A DNA stretch of 64,000 nt, from the NCBI GenBank assembly GCA_036399335.1, contig DASWNF010000005.1, positions 6,069-70,068 on the forward strand, given 5' to 3'. This document shows positions 1-7,611 of this stretch, piece after piece. The notes beneath the pieces were generated by a model that ran no database searches, had not been told where the DNA came from, and saw only the letters and a list, made by a program, of their open reading frames with translations. The stretch is from Minisyncoccota bacterium. Its GTDB lineage: Bacteria > Patescibacteriota > Minisyncoccia > Phycocordibacterales > Phycocordibacteraceae. Position 1 is the first letter of the stretch, and every line of letters begins with the position of its first letter. The position numbers were made by a program, and so were the translations under genes.

Positions 1-59
1 ATTGGTTACAGCTGTGCGTTGTCCTTTGGCTGCGCTACCCCTATAACGCGGAGGTCCTG

Positions 60-584
60 ATGCGTCACGAAATCCTTCCCCATCTCTGGCTGCTCGTAAA
101 GCCCTGCATCGCAAGCGCGCTGCTCGGCCTCACCTGGTACTTCGTCTTCTTCAAGAACGGCATCCACTTCGCCAAGGGCGACATGTCGGTGTTCACGGAC
201 GCGGGCATCCCGGTGTTGGCGGCCTTCCATACCTTCATGGCGGCTTTCGTCGTGAGCAAGGTGTGGAAGGAGCACACCGAAATAACGATGTTCTGCCGGA
301 GCAAGGACTATGAGGGATTCCGCCGGATTATCGATAACCGGATCCCGATGACGATTCACTTGCTCCTCGGCACCCTGGCACTGATTATCCAGTTGCTCGT
401 CATGTTGCTCGATTACGAGCGCGCGGACGCAGGTATCGCGCTCACCTGCTCGGTCTCCTTCGTCCTCGTCTTGTATTGGCAGGTCGCGACCAACCTCGAC
501 GACCCGAGCGCGGGCGTCTGGTACGTCAAGCACATACCTCCCTCCTGGCTTAACGGGGAGGAGGAAGAAAAAAGGAGTTCCTGA
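60..584 (+). CDS. hypothetical multi-pass membrane protein
   Basis: 174-aa ORF, several hydrophobic helices, GGAGG SD about 8 nt upstream of ATG, GC-rich third positions; hairpin terminator follows. Opposite-strand ORF 6..533 is an antisense artefact. Confidence 0.5.
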   Translation: MRHEILPHLWLLVKPCIASALLGLTWYFVFFKNGIHFAKGDMSVFTDAGIPVLAAFHTFMAAFVVSKVWKEHTEITMFCRSKDYEGFRRIIDNRIPMTIHLLLGTLALIIQLLVMLLDYERADAGIALTCSVSFVLVLYWQVATNLDDPSAGVWYVKHIPPSWLNGEEEEKRSS

Positions 585-594
585 GGGTTCTCCG

Positions 595-628
595 ATAGCC
601 CCGCCATCTCGGCGGGGCTATGTTTTTA
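595..628. terminator. intrinsic terminator hairpin (ATAGCCCCGCC-loop-GGCGGGGCTAT) followed by GTTTTTA
   Basis: perfect 11-bp inverted repeat then T-tract, between convergent genes 60..584(+) and 626..1018(-). Confidence 0.6.
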
Positions 629-1018
629 TACGTTAGGCCGAAGGTCGACGGTGTGCGCGTCGCTTTGCGCCTGTGCATTCGAACGAGCCTCGTAATGCGC
701 GACGGTGTCGGTATTCCACTTGCGAAGCGTATCCGCTTCGTCGCGAAGGCCCTGGTTCTCCCGCCTCAGGTTGCGGATGTCGAAGCTCCGACGGATGAGG
801 CTCGGGAGCGAGAAGAGCATGCCGAGCAATAGGCCGATGGAGCTTGCGAGAAGGATGAGGAGCGCCAAGGAACTCTCGAATTGCCATCCGAGGAACGTAA
901 GCGAGACGATGTCCGTATTTTGGAGCGCGAAGATGATGGTCGCGGCACCGAGAACGAACCCGAGAATGAGTGGAAGCATGGGATAGGTAATGAGGCTAAT
1001 AAGCTCATCTAGTAGCAT
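626..1018 (-). CDS. LapA-like (DUF1049) small inner-membrane protein
   Basis: 130 aa, N-terminal TM helix, ALQNTDIVSLTFLGWQFESSLALLIL... second helix then basic tail, pattern typical of the LapA/YciS family. Confidence 0.5.
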   Translation of the reverse strand: MLLDELISLITYPMLPLILGFVLGAATIIFALQNTDIVSLTFLGWQFESSLALLILLASSIGLLLGMLFSLPSLIRRSFDIRNLRRENQGLRDEADTLRKWNTDTVAHYEARSNAQAQSDAHTVDLRPNV

Positions 1019-1056
1019 GCCCTATTAAGCATGCGATTTTCATGAAGACTATGCGC

Positions 1057-1353
1057 TTACCGGCTTGGGTAAATGAAATTAATGACACGGTTCCTGAATC
1101 GGTCGGCAAAGCTTTGGATGCGCGGATATTTCTGGGTGCGGCGTTTGACCCAGGCATATACGCTCGGAGACGATATGGAAAGGAGGACAAGCCCGATGAG
1201 CATCGTGATGCGCGATGGGAAGCCCGGCAGGGGCGTACTTACGATGCCGATGATGATGAGCAGCAGCGCGATAAACACGAGGAAGATGCGCTTCGGCGTC
1301 TTCGCATTTCCCTTGAGCTCGCGCCCCGCCTGCTTGATGCTGAACTTAGCCAT
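1057..1353 (-). CDS. small two-TM membrane protein (PGPGW-like)
   Basis: 98 aa, two hydrophobic helices with PLPGFPS motif; overlapping + strand ORF 1042..1836 is acidic antisense junk. Confidence 0.4.
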   Translation of the reverse strand: MAKFSIKQAGRELKGNAKTPKRIFLVFIALLLIIIGIVSTPLPGFPSRITMLIGLVLLSISSPSVYAWVKRRTQKYPRIQSFADRFRNRVINFIYPSR

Positions 1354-1380
1354 AGCTGTGGAACCCTCGCATCCCCTACC

Positions 1381-1926
1381 CTAAGCGATGGTGAACAATA
1401 TCTTGAAGGCAAGCGCAATGAGGACGAGCGCGCCCAGTATCTCAATTTTCGGGCCGATAAGCCGCTTGCTGTGCATGCCGAAGTAGACACCCAGGAGCGA
1501 GAGCACGAAGGTCATGATGCCGAGGGCAACGGCCATGAGGGTGACGGACGCCCCGATGAACGAAAGCGAGATGCCGACGACGAGGGCGTCGACGCTCGTC
1601 GCAAACGCTACGGCGAGCAGCGGGCCGTTCTGGAGGAGGTTCCGTTCGTCATCATCTTCCTTCTTGAGGGCATCGAAGAGCATCTTGAGGCCGATGCCGA
1701 GGAGCAGCACGAAGCTCACGATGCGCGCATACTCGAGCCCTTCGGTGAAGGCGCCCGCGGCAAGGAATCCGACAACCAGCATCACGACGTGGAATACGGA
1801 GAGGGTGAGGGCGATGAAGAGCGCGCGCAGCCATGAGAGGCGGTTCAGGGTGCCCGCCCCTATCGACACGACCGTCGTATCAAGCGAGAGGCTGAGCGCG
1901 AGCGCGAGGACTTCGAGGAGGGACAT
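1381..1926 (-). CDS. mntP: manganese efflux pump MntP family (2x DUF204)
   Basis: 181 aa, six TM segments with internal duplication, length and pattern of MntP/YebN; start overlaps stop of upstream ABC-F gene. Confidence 0.7.
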   Translation of the reverse strand: MSLLEVLALALSLSLDTTVVSIGAGTLNRLSWLRALFIALTLSVFHVVMLVVGFLAAGAFTEGLEYARIVSFVLLLGIGLKMLFDALKKEDDDERNLLQNGPLLAVAFATSVDALVVGISLSFIGASVTLMAVALGIMTFVLSLLGVYFGMHSKRLIGPKIEILGALVLIALAFKILFTIA

Positions 1927-1927
1927 G

Positions 1928-3418
1928 TTACTTCGAGGAGCCTAGGTCAAGTACCTCGTCCACCCGTATCTGCGCCACGAATTCGGGTACGTGGCTTACC
2001 AGGATCATTGCGCCGTCATACGCGTCGAGGGCCTTGGCGATGATGGGGATATGGCGGAAGTTAATGTGGTTGGTCGGCTCATCGAGGATGAGGAGACCCG
2101 GTTCCTCAAGCACGAGCCGCGCAAAGGCGACGAGCCCCTTCTGTCCTTCGGAGAGCATGCCGATCTTCTTATTGATGACGTCGGACGTGATGATGAAGCC
2201 TGCGGCCGTGGCGCGCATCTTCTCCTCGTTCTGCTGCTTCATGACGGAGAGGAGCGACTCGCGCACCGTGTGCTCGAAGTTAAGCGTCGAGAAGTCCTGT
2301 CGGTAATACCCGACGCGCACGCCAGGCGCGATGACAGCGCCCTCGGCCTTCCCTTTAGCGAGGGATTCGAGCAAGGTCGTCTTGCCGATGCCGTTTGGCC
2401 CCTGGAGGAGGAGGTGGTCGCGCTTCTTAAGCGTAATTTCCTTCTTATGCACCTTAGGCTCGTGGGTCTTCGGGTCGAGCGTCGTGTATGACGTTATGGA
2501 AAGTATTTTCCCGACGAGTTCCTGCTGCGAGGGGATGGTAAAGGGGCGGATGGTCTTGTCCTCCTTGCGGACGTCGACCTTATTCTCCTCCATTTCCTCA
2601 ACCTCCTCACGCATCTTCTTGGCGACGAGACGCATCTTGCCTCCTTTCTGCGCGAAGAAGTTCGCCTTGTCCTTATTCTCTTGGATCTTCTTCGCAAGCT
2701 GCGCGTTCTTGCGGTTCTCGCGCTCGATGCGCGCGGAGATCTCCTTTAGGAGGTCGTAGTAGTTGCCCATGTACTGCTCGACCTTGCGCGTATGCACGTC
2801 GAGGTAGAGGACACCGTCCGAAAAGGAGTTAAGGAATTCCGCATCATGCGAAATGACCATACAGCTCTTCTTGTATTCCTTCAGGAAGTCGGTGAGGTGC
2901 GCGATGCCGTCCTTGTCGAGGTTGTTCGTCGGCTCGTCGAGAAGCAGAAGGTCTGGATCCTGGATGAGCGCGCTCGCAAGCAGGAGCCGCGCCTGCTGGC
3001 CGCCCGAAAATGAGTTTATGATGCGCTCCTTGGGCGCCTTCAAATTCACGACCTCAAGTATGGCGTCAATCTTCGGGTCGATGTCATACACCTTCCCGGG
3101 GAAGACCGACTCAAAGAACTCGCGGACCGTCTTCTCCCGGAGGTCGGGCGGGATGACCTGGGCTGCCATGGCAACGCTCGTACCGCGCGTGATGTGGATG
3201 ATGCCCTGCTCGGGCTTGTATTCCCCGGTGATGAGTTTGAACAGCGTCGACTTCCCCGCCCCGTTTTGTCCCATGAGGGTCACCTTCATGCCGCGGCGCA
3301 CTGAAAAGCTCACCTCATCCAGGATGGGGTGGTTGTGGCCATGGTTGAAGTGGACCTCCTCAAAGCGCAAAACTATTTCTTTCGGCGGTGCCGCGTCCTT
3401 GTTCTTCTTATCTGCCAT
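1928..3418 (-). CDS. ABC-F family ATPase (tandem ABC cassettes, Uup/YheS/EttA-like)
   Basis: 496 aa; two Walker A (GQNGAGKST, GPNGIGKTT), two ABC signatures (SGGQQAR, LSEGQKG), Walker B LLLLDEPTN and LLILDEPTN, charged linker between cassettes. Confidence 0.9.
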   Translation of the reverse strand: MADKKNKDAAPPKEIVLRFEEVHFNHGHNHPILDEVSFSVRRGMKVTLMGQNGAGKSTLFKLITGEYKPEQGIIHITRGTSVAMAAQVIPPDLREKTVREFFESVFPGKVYDIDPKIDAILEVVNLKAPKERIINSFSGGQQARLLLASALIQDPDLLLLDEPTNNLDKDGIAHLTDFLKEYKKSCMVISHDAEFLNSFSDGVLYLDVHTRKVEQYMGNYYDLLKEISARIERENRKNAQLAKKIQENKDKANFFAQKGGKMRLVAKKMREEVEEMEENKVDVRKEDKTIRPFTIPSQQELVGKILSITSYTTLDPKTHEPKVHKKEITLKKRDHLLLQGPNGIGKTTLLESLAKGKAEGAVIAPGVRVGYYRQDFSTLNFEHTVRESLLSVMKQQNEEKMRATAAGFIITSDVINKKIGMLSEGQKGLVAFARLVLEEPGLLILDEPTNHINFRHIPIIAKALDAYDGAMILVSHVPEFVAQIRVDEVLDLGSSK

Positions 3419-3563
3419 TTCTTACTACCCTACCGTATAAAGGCCTTTGCGGACAGGCCTATGCCGCAACCAGGCGCGTATATATGACATAAAACCTCCT
3501 TAATTCATTGACAATTTAGCTCATAAGCATCAAAATCCGCCTGGACAAACAAGGAGAGACGAA

Positions 3564-4334
3564 ATGCCGTTAACTAAGAAGGGCTTTGTGGTGATCAATC
3601 TTGCCCTGATCGCCGCCGCCATCGTCACCAGCATCATGTACAGAAGCGCTTTCCTGGTGGCGTGCGGCCTCTACGCAGCGACCTTCGTCACCATGTATGC
3701 GGCCGGATTTTTCAGGCATCGCTGCCCCGCGTGCGCCAGCTTGCTGACCACGTGGTCAGAGGGAGTGAAGGTGTGGCCGGGCGATACGAACCTTGACCCG
3801 ACCGACATTCGGGAATTCGAAGGACTGTTCTGCCATTCATGCGGCGCGATGAGCGAACGTCCTGCCGAGTGGCGCTTGGTGCCGACGGCGACCGCCCGCC
3901 TTCCTCGCGGTCAGAATGCCGCTCGTTTCACCTTCGCCCCGAATGCGCGGCAGCACATCGCCATCTCGGCGGCAGACGCGCTCAACGAGGTGGTGTTCAG
4001 CGGCCGCCTCTCTGCGAAGGATCGCGAACTGCTCGTCCGTGCAATGGAGCTGACCCTCCATCACCAATACATGTATAAGGTGGAAGAGGAGAATCCGCTC
4101 AGGGTTATCCTCTACAACGACGCCTTCTACATGATGGAAGCTGATGCTACCGTCTTCAACAAGGGCTCCCGCTGGCCGCTCGACCACCTCTACGCCGTCG
4201 GCACGCACCTCGCCCAGCAAGCGCTGCAGGCTAAGTACCCGGGCGTCGCCTTCGAGTTCGAGGGCGGCGATAACCTGAACTCCGCCCACACGGCTATCAC
4301 CAGGGCCAACAAAAGCGTGAGGGCGACCGCATAG
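3564..4334 (+). CDS. hypothetical membrane-anchored protein with CxxC...CxxC zinc-ribbon
   Basis: 256 aa, two N-terminal TM helices, CPACAS...CHSCGA pair, AGGAGA SD. Confidence 0.5.
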   Translation: MPLTKKGFVVINLALIAAAIVTSIMYRSAFLVACGLYAATFVTMYAAGFFRHRCPACASLLTTWSEGVKVWPGDTNLDPTDIREFEGLFCHSCGAMSERPAEWRLVPTATARLPRGQNAARFTFAPNARQHIAISAADALNEVVFSGRLSAKDRELLVRAMELTLHHQYMYKVEEENPLRVILYNDAFYMMEADATVFNKGSRWPLDHLYAVGTHLAQQALQAKYPGVAFEFEGGDNLNSAHTAITRANKSVRATA

Positions 4335-4357
4335 GCCGAATCCTCTCAGAGAATCAC

Positions 4358-4392
4358 AACCCGCTCGGCAGTGCCGAGCGGGTTCTTTTATT
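4358..4392 (+). terminator. intrinsic terminator AACCCGCTCGG-loop-CCGAGCGGGTT then CTTTTATT
   Basis: perfect 11-bp stem directly after stop of 3564..4334, T-rich tail. Confidence 0.65.
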
Positions 4393-4483
4393 CATATTGA
4401 TTGAACAGATGTTAGGCGGCGGTGGTGACCAGAGAAGTAAGTCAGTGGAAACTGGAGATTGAGTAGTTGATATAAAGACGGCC

Positions 4484-4822
4484 TCATCCAGGGACGAGGC
4501 CGTCAGTGTCGGGAAGATAGGGTGTGAGCACGAACTTAAGGCGCCGTAAATCAAGCGGCGTAATGAATTCAGCCGCACGTGCCACCACATCTTCCAGGTG
4601 AGGCAGGTACCAGGATTTATTAGGTGTCCCGGCAAGCTCCTTAACGATGAGGACAAAGGAGTGGCTGTTCAGGCAGTAATAGATCTCGACCTCATCGGTC
4701 GTCGCAATTCTGTAACCTTTGAGTTGCCACCTCGCCATACCTGGCATAAGAGCCGTTAATTCAAGACTCTGTGGGGCACCCTTCTTTCGCTCAAGGCGTA
4801 GCTCAAGATATCTTTCCATCAC
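4484..4822 (-). CDS. hypothetical protein (ORFan in low-GC island)
   Basis: 112-aa ORF in an AT-richer segment, no recognisable motif; real start may be an internal Met (MPGMARW / MARWQLK). Confidence 0.35.
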   Translation of the reverse strand: MMERYLELRLERKKGAPQSLELTALMPGMARWQLKGYRIATTDEVEIYYCLNSHSFVLIVKELAGTPNKSWYLPHLEDVVARAAEFITPLDLRRLKFVLTPYLPDTDGLVPG

Positions 4823-4934
4823 ATACTCCCTTCTGGCATCCTTATATCACCAAATGAGTGGCATGTCTGCGGAGGACGCCTGAGGCTTTTTGCTATTGCT
4901 GGCAGTCTGGGACGATGTTGGAAAAGCTTCCTAC

Positions 4935-4963
4935 TTGACAAGTATGATTAAAAGTACTAGTAT
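4935..4963 (+). promoter_or_regulatory. near-consensus sigma70-type promoter (TTGACA-17 nt-TAGTAT)
   Basis: TTGACA at 4935..4940, 17-nt spacer, TAGTAT, then GGAAAGAGAGG SD and ATG at 4989; lies in 165-bp AT-rich divergent spacer. Confidence 0.5.
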
Positions 4964-4988
4964 TATATACAGGAAAGAGAGGTGCTAA

Positions 4989-5369
4989 ATGGTTGACCGC
5001 TTGATCATGGGGGTTTTCGGTCTCCTGGTATTTGCGCTCGTGGTGCTGCTAGGTGTGATCGGATATTACGTGGCTGACTCGGTCAATCTGCCTGAACATG
5101 AAAGTTCAGGTCAGGTTAGCGGGAAAAGCTACCATCACGCTTATACCTCAATGGTAGTCGTATCGACAGGCAGAACGACGACGGTGATACCTCAATATCA
5201 TCCCGAACGCTATTCGATCTGCATATTCGTCGACGCGACCCAACAAATCGGATGCGCCAATTATGCTCAGTCGACCTGGAATCAGGTCGAGAGGGGGCGT
5301 ATGGTGCGTGTGGCCTATACGAGTGGGCGCTTCTCCGGAGCCACCTATATCGGCAATTTCACTTATTGA
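4989..5369 (+). CDS. hypothetical membrane-anchored protein (ORFan in low-GC island)
   Basis: 126 aa, N-terminal TM helix, Thr/Ser-rich body; strong promoter and SD upstream. Confidence 0.4.
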   Translation: MVDRLIMGVFGLLVFALVVLLGVIGYYVADSVNLPEHESSGQVSGKSYHHAYTSMVVVSTGRTTTVIPQYHPERYSICIFVDATQQIGCANYAQSTWNQVERGRMVRVAYTSGRFSGATYIGNFTY

Positions 5370-5460
5370 CCCACCGACGGGATTCCCGCCTCGGTGGGTT
5401 TCCTGTTTTGTGGCTGGGGGTGTGGGACGACGTTAGAACTTTTCTACTATTCTCCAGATA

Positions 5461-5991
5461 TTGAACCAATACGATATCTTGACATATAGAGTGAAACGTC
5501 TTATTCTCTTTGAGAAATTTCATTGGGAAGGGTTTGAAATGAAATCTAAGTTCTTTGAGAACCTGCGCACATTCGGCCCTGATTTGGTCGAATATGCTCA
5601 AGGGTGGATGGTCTGGCGCTCGGGGCAGAAAGCTAAACGTTCTGCTGCGGGAGCGATTGCTGCACTTTTGAAGTTAGAGCTGCGGAGGCAAACCATCTCC
5701 AAAATTGTCGAGGCCTGGGATCCAATCTCAGATGCGGTGGAGCCCGATGGTTTTCCTCTTCCCATGGAGCGAGACATCCAGGCGTACGACGCCGAGGGCA
5801 ATATGGTGGATATGGAGCGTCTCTTTAATGAGTCAAACTCATTACTGCCATCTCATTGGAGTCGTAGGCCATATACCCGGCAGGAGATTGAGATGGCTCT
5901 CGATATTTTGGCCGAAAAGTATCGTGCCGATATACGGGTCGAACACACCTTCCCTCATGGCGCACCTGCACGAGAGTTCAGGTTGAGATAA
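5461..5991 (+). CDS. hypothetical protein (ORFan in low-GC island)
   Basis: 176-aa ORF (alternative start MKSKFF at about 5539); no recognisable domain; followed by hairpin 6018..6050. Confidence 0.4.
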   Translation: MNQYDILTYRVKRLILFEKFHWEGFEMKSKFFENLRTFGPDLVEYAQGWMVWRSGQKAKRSAAGAIAALLKLELRRQTISKIVEAWDPISDAVEPDGFPLPMERDIQAYDAEGNMVDMERLFNESNSLLPSHWSRRPYTRQEIEMALDILAEKYRADIRVEHTFPHGAPAREFRLR

Positions 5992-6017
5992 ATACCAACA
6001 GCCATCAAGTTCTCAGG

Positions 6018-6050
6018 GCCGCTCGATCACTCGAGCGGCTCTACTTGTTT
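6018..6050 (+). terminator. hairpin GCCGCTCGA-TCAC-TCGAGCGGC with T-rich tail
   Basis: perfect 9-bp stem after 5461..5991; tail TCTACTTGTTTATCTGTT only moderately T-rich. Confidence 0.45.
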
Positions 6051-6104
6051 ATCTGTTCCAAGAGCACCGGACACTAAACACTAGCGCTCAATCCGGTTGG
6101 CAGA

Positions 6105-7223
6105 ATGGGTTTTGTACTTGCCTCCATTCCTTTAATAATGGATAGTGCCTATATGCAATTTAAGGCATTCCATACGGTTTCGGATATCTGGGAAGCGCAG
6201 CTCCGGGATATTGAAAGCGCCAAGCACTCTATCCTCCTTGAGCAGTACATCATCGAGGATGTCGTGGGTGACGGCATCGGCCGACGCTTCGTTGATGCAC
6301 TTGTGCGGAAGGCCCGGGAAGGTGTCGAGGTGCGGTGCATACTCGACGCGCAGGGGTGCTTTGAACTTTTCAAGAATTACGAACTCAACAACGAGCTTGC
6401 CGCTGCCGGCGGTAAGGTCTTTTATTACAAGACGCTCGGCGTCACGAACGTCGTCACTCCTGCGCGGCTTTTCCTTCGCGACCACCGGAAGCTCCTCCTC
6501 GTTGACCGCGAAACCACCTGGATCGGCGGTGCCGTCATCGGTGAGCGCTTCCGCGACTGGCAGGACCTCATGGTCCGCTTTACGGACGCACCGCTCGCAG
6601 ACGTATGCGGCAAGGAATTCCGTAACCAACTCCTCAGGCTCCAGGAGAAGGGTTCCCTCCTTGCGCCCTTACAAAAGGTGGATGAGGAAACCCACATTAC
6701 CGGGAACGCGCCCGGCATCGGTAACCGCTTCTGTTATGAGGAACTCTCGCACGCCATCATGCTTGCGGATACGTCGGTAACCCTCGTGACGCCCTATTTC
6801 GCCCCGCCCCTAAAGCTGCAGCGGGTCATTAACCGCCGCCTTCGCGACGGGCTCGAGATTAACCTCATCGTGCCGCGGACAAGCGATAAGCGGCTCGCCG
6901 ACATCGCGCGTGAGGGATACTTCGAGGACATGCTGAAGCACGGGCTTATCCTTAAGTATGTGCCGGGGATGCTTCACGCAAAGATTGTCGTCGTCGACAA
7001 CGAGTGGATGTCGTTCGGCTCCACGAACCTCGATGCCATCAGCCTTATCTTTAACCACGAGCTTAACCTGGTGACCCGCAATGCCGACCTCATTGCAGAG
7101 GTGTGCCGTATCGTGCGCGGCTGGACCGACGGCCTTGAGCGCATCACCACGGAAACGTGTGAATACCGGAAGATGTCGGCCTTGGAGCACTTCCTCGGAC
7201 GCTGTGTCCGTTTCATCGCCTAG
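6105..7223 (+). CDS. phospholipase D / cardiolipin-synthase-like protein (two HKD motifs)
   Basis: 372 aa; HKD motifs RDHRKLLLVD...G and LHAKIVVVDNEWMSFGSTNLD; likely true start at internal Met (MQFKAF, about 6150) because the first 15 codons are AT-rich island sequence. Confidence 0.8.
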   Translation: MGFVLASIPLIMDSAYMQFKAFHTVSDIWEAQLRDIESAKHSILLEQYIIEDVVGDGIGRRFVDALVRKAREGVEVRCILDAQGCFELFKNYELNNELAAAGGKVFYYKTLGVTNVVTPARLFLRDHRKLLLVDRETTWIGGAVIGERFRDWQDLMVRFTDAPLADVCGKEFRNQLLRLQEKGSLLAPLQKVDEETHITGNAPGIGNRFCYEELSHAIMLADTSVTLVTPYFAPPLKLQRVINRRLRDGLEINLIVPRTSDKRLADIAREGYFEDMLKHGLILKYVPGMLHAKIVVVDNEWMSFGSTNLDAISLIFNHELNLVTRNADLIAEVCRIVRGWTDGLERITTETCEYRKMSALEHFLGRCVRFIA

Positions 7224-7287
7224 GACTTGCTTTTCTAGGTATAGTGGGTCATATTAACGCCAGCAACAAAAAAAAGGGGGTAAACGA

Positions 7288-7461
7288 ATGCCGGAGGTTT
7301 CGGGGGAAGACAAGAAGTGTGCACACACGGAGTGCGGCAAGCTCATTCCCGACTTGCCGAATTCCAGTGAAAGCCCGTACTGCCACTCGCTCTGCCAGTG
7401 GTTGCATCAGGCAATCTGGACGCCCTGCGATGCGGGGCCCCAGCAGGAGCAAGCTGCGTAA
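7288..7461 (+). CDS. small Cys/His-rich (putative Zn-binding) protein, 57 aa, absent from ORF track
   Basis: ATG at 7288 preceded by AAAAAAGGGGGTAAACGA (SD GGGGGT); translation MPEVSGEDKKCAHTECGKLIPDLPNSSESPYCHSLCQWLHQAIWTPCDAGPQQEQAA; GC3-rich codons; TAA then perfect 11-bp hairpin. Confidence 0.4.
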   Translation: MPEVSGEDKKCAHTECGKLIPDLPNSSESPYCHSLCQWLHQAIWTPCDAGPQQEQAA

Positions 7462-7507
7462 GGTGCCCGGCATCCGTGCCGGGCACCAGCCCTACCGCAC
7501 TCTTTTT
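7462..7507 (+). terminator. strong hairpin GGTGCCCGGCA-TCCG-TGCCGGGCACC, T-tract 14 nt downstream
   Basis: perfect 11-bp stem immediately after the small ORF stop; T-run (CTCTTTTTG) is not adjacent, so termination efficiency uncertain. Confidence 0.4.
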
Positions 7508-7611
7508 GAGTCCTTTATCACGCCGCCCTGACCAGGCGGTTTTTGTATTAATTAATCCACAGATGGCATCATGTCTTCTTCATGAAGCGTGCGTAATACT
7601 CAGTCTATAAA

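Noticed and set aside
6-533. 175-aa minus-strand ORF rich in R/E/D
   Set aside because: Exactly antisense to the better-supported membrane-protein gene 60..584 (SD, hydrophobic helices). Such long antisense ORFs are common in high-GC DNA; the same applies to 633..887, 705..986 and 766..1008.
1042-1836. 264-aa extremely acidic/basic ORF on + strand
   Set aside because: Antisense to the MntP and PGPGW genes, low-complexity composition (E/D/R/H), no SD.
7244-7610. Track ORFs 7244..7531, 7249..7473, 7398..7610
   Set aside because: Different frames from the SD-preceded 57-aa Cys/His ORF; R/A/S-rich, no SD.
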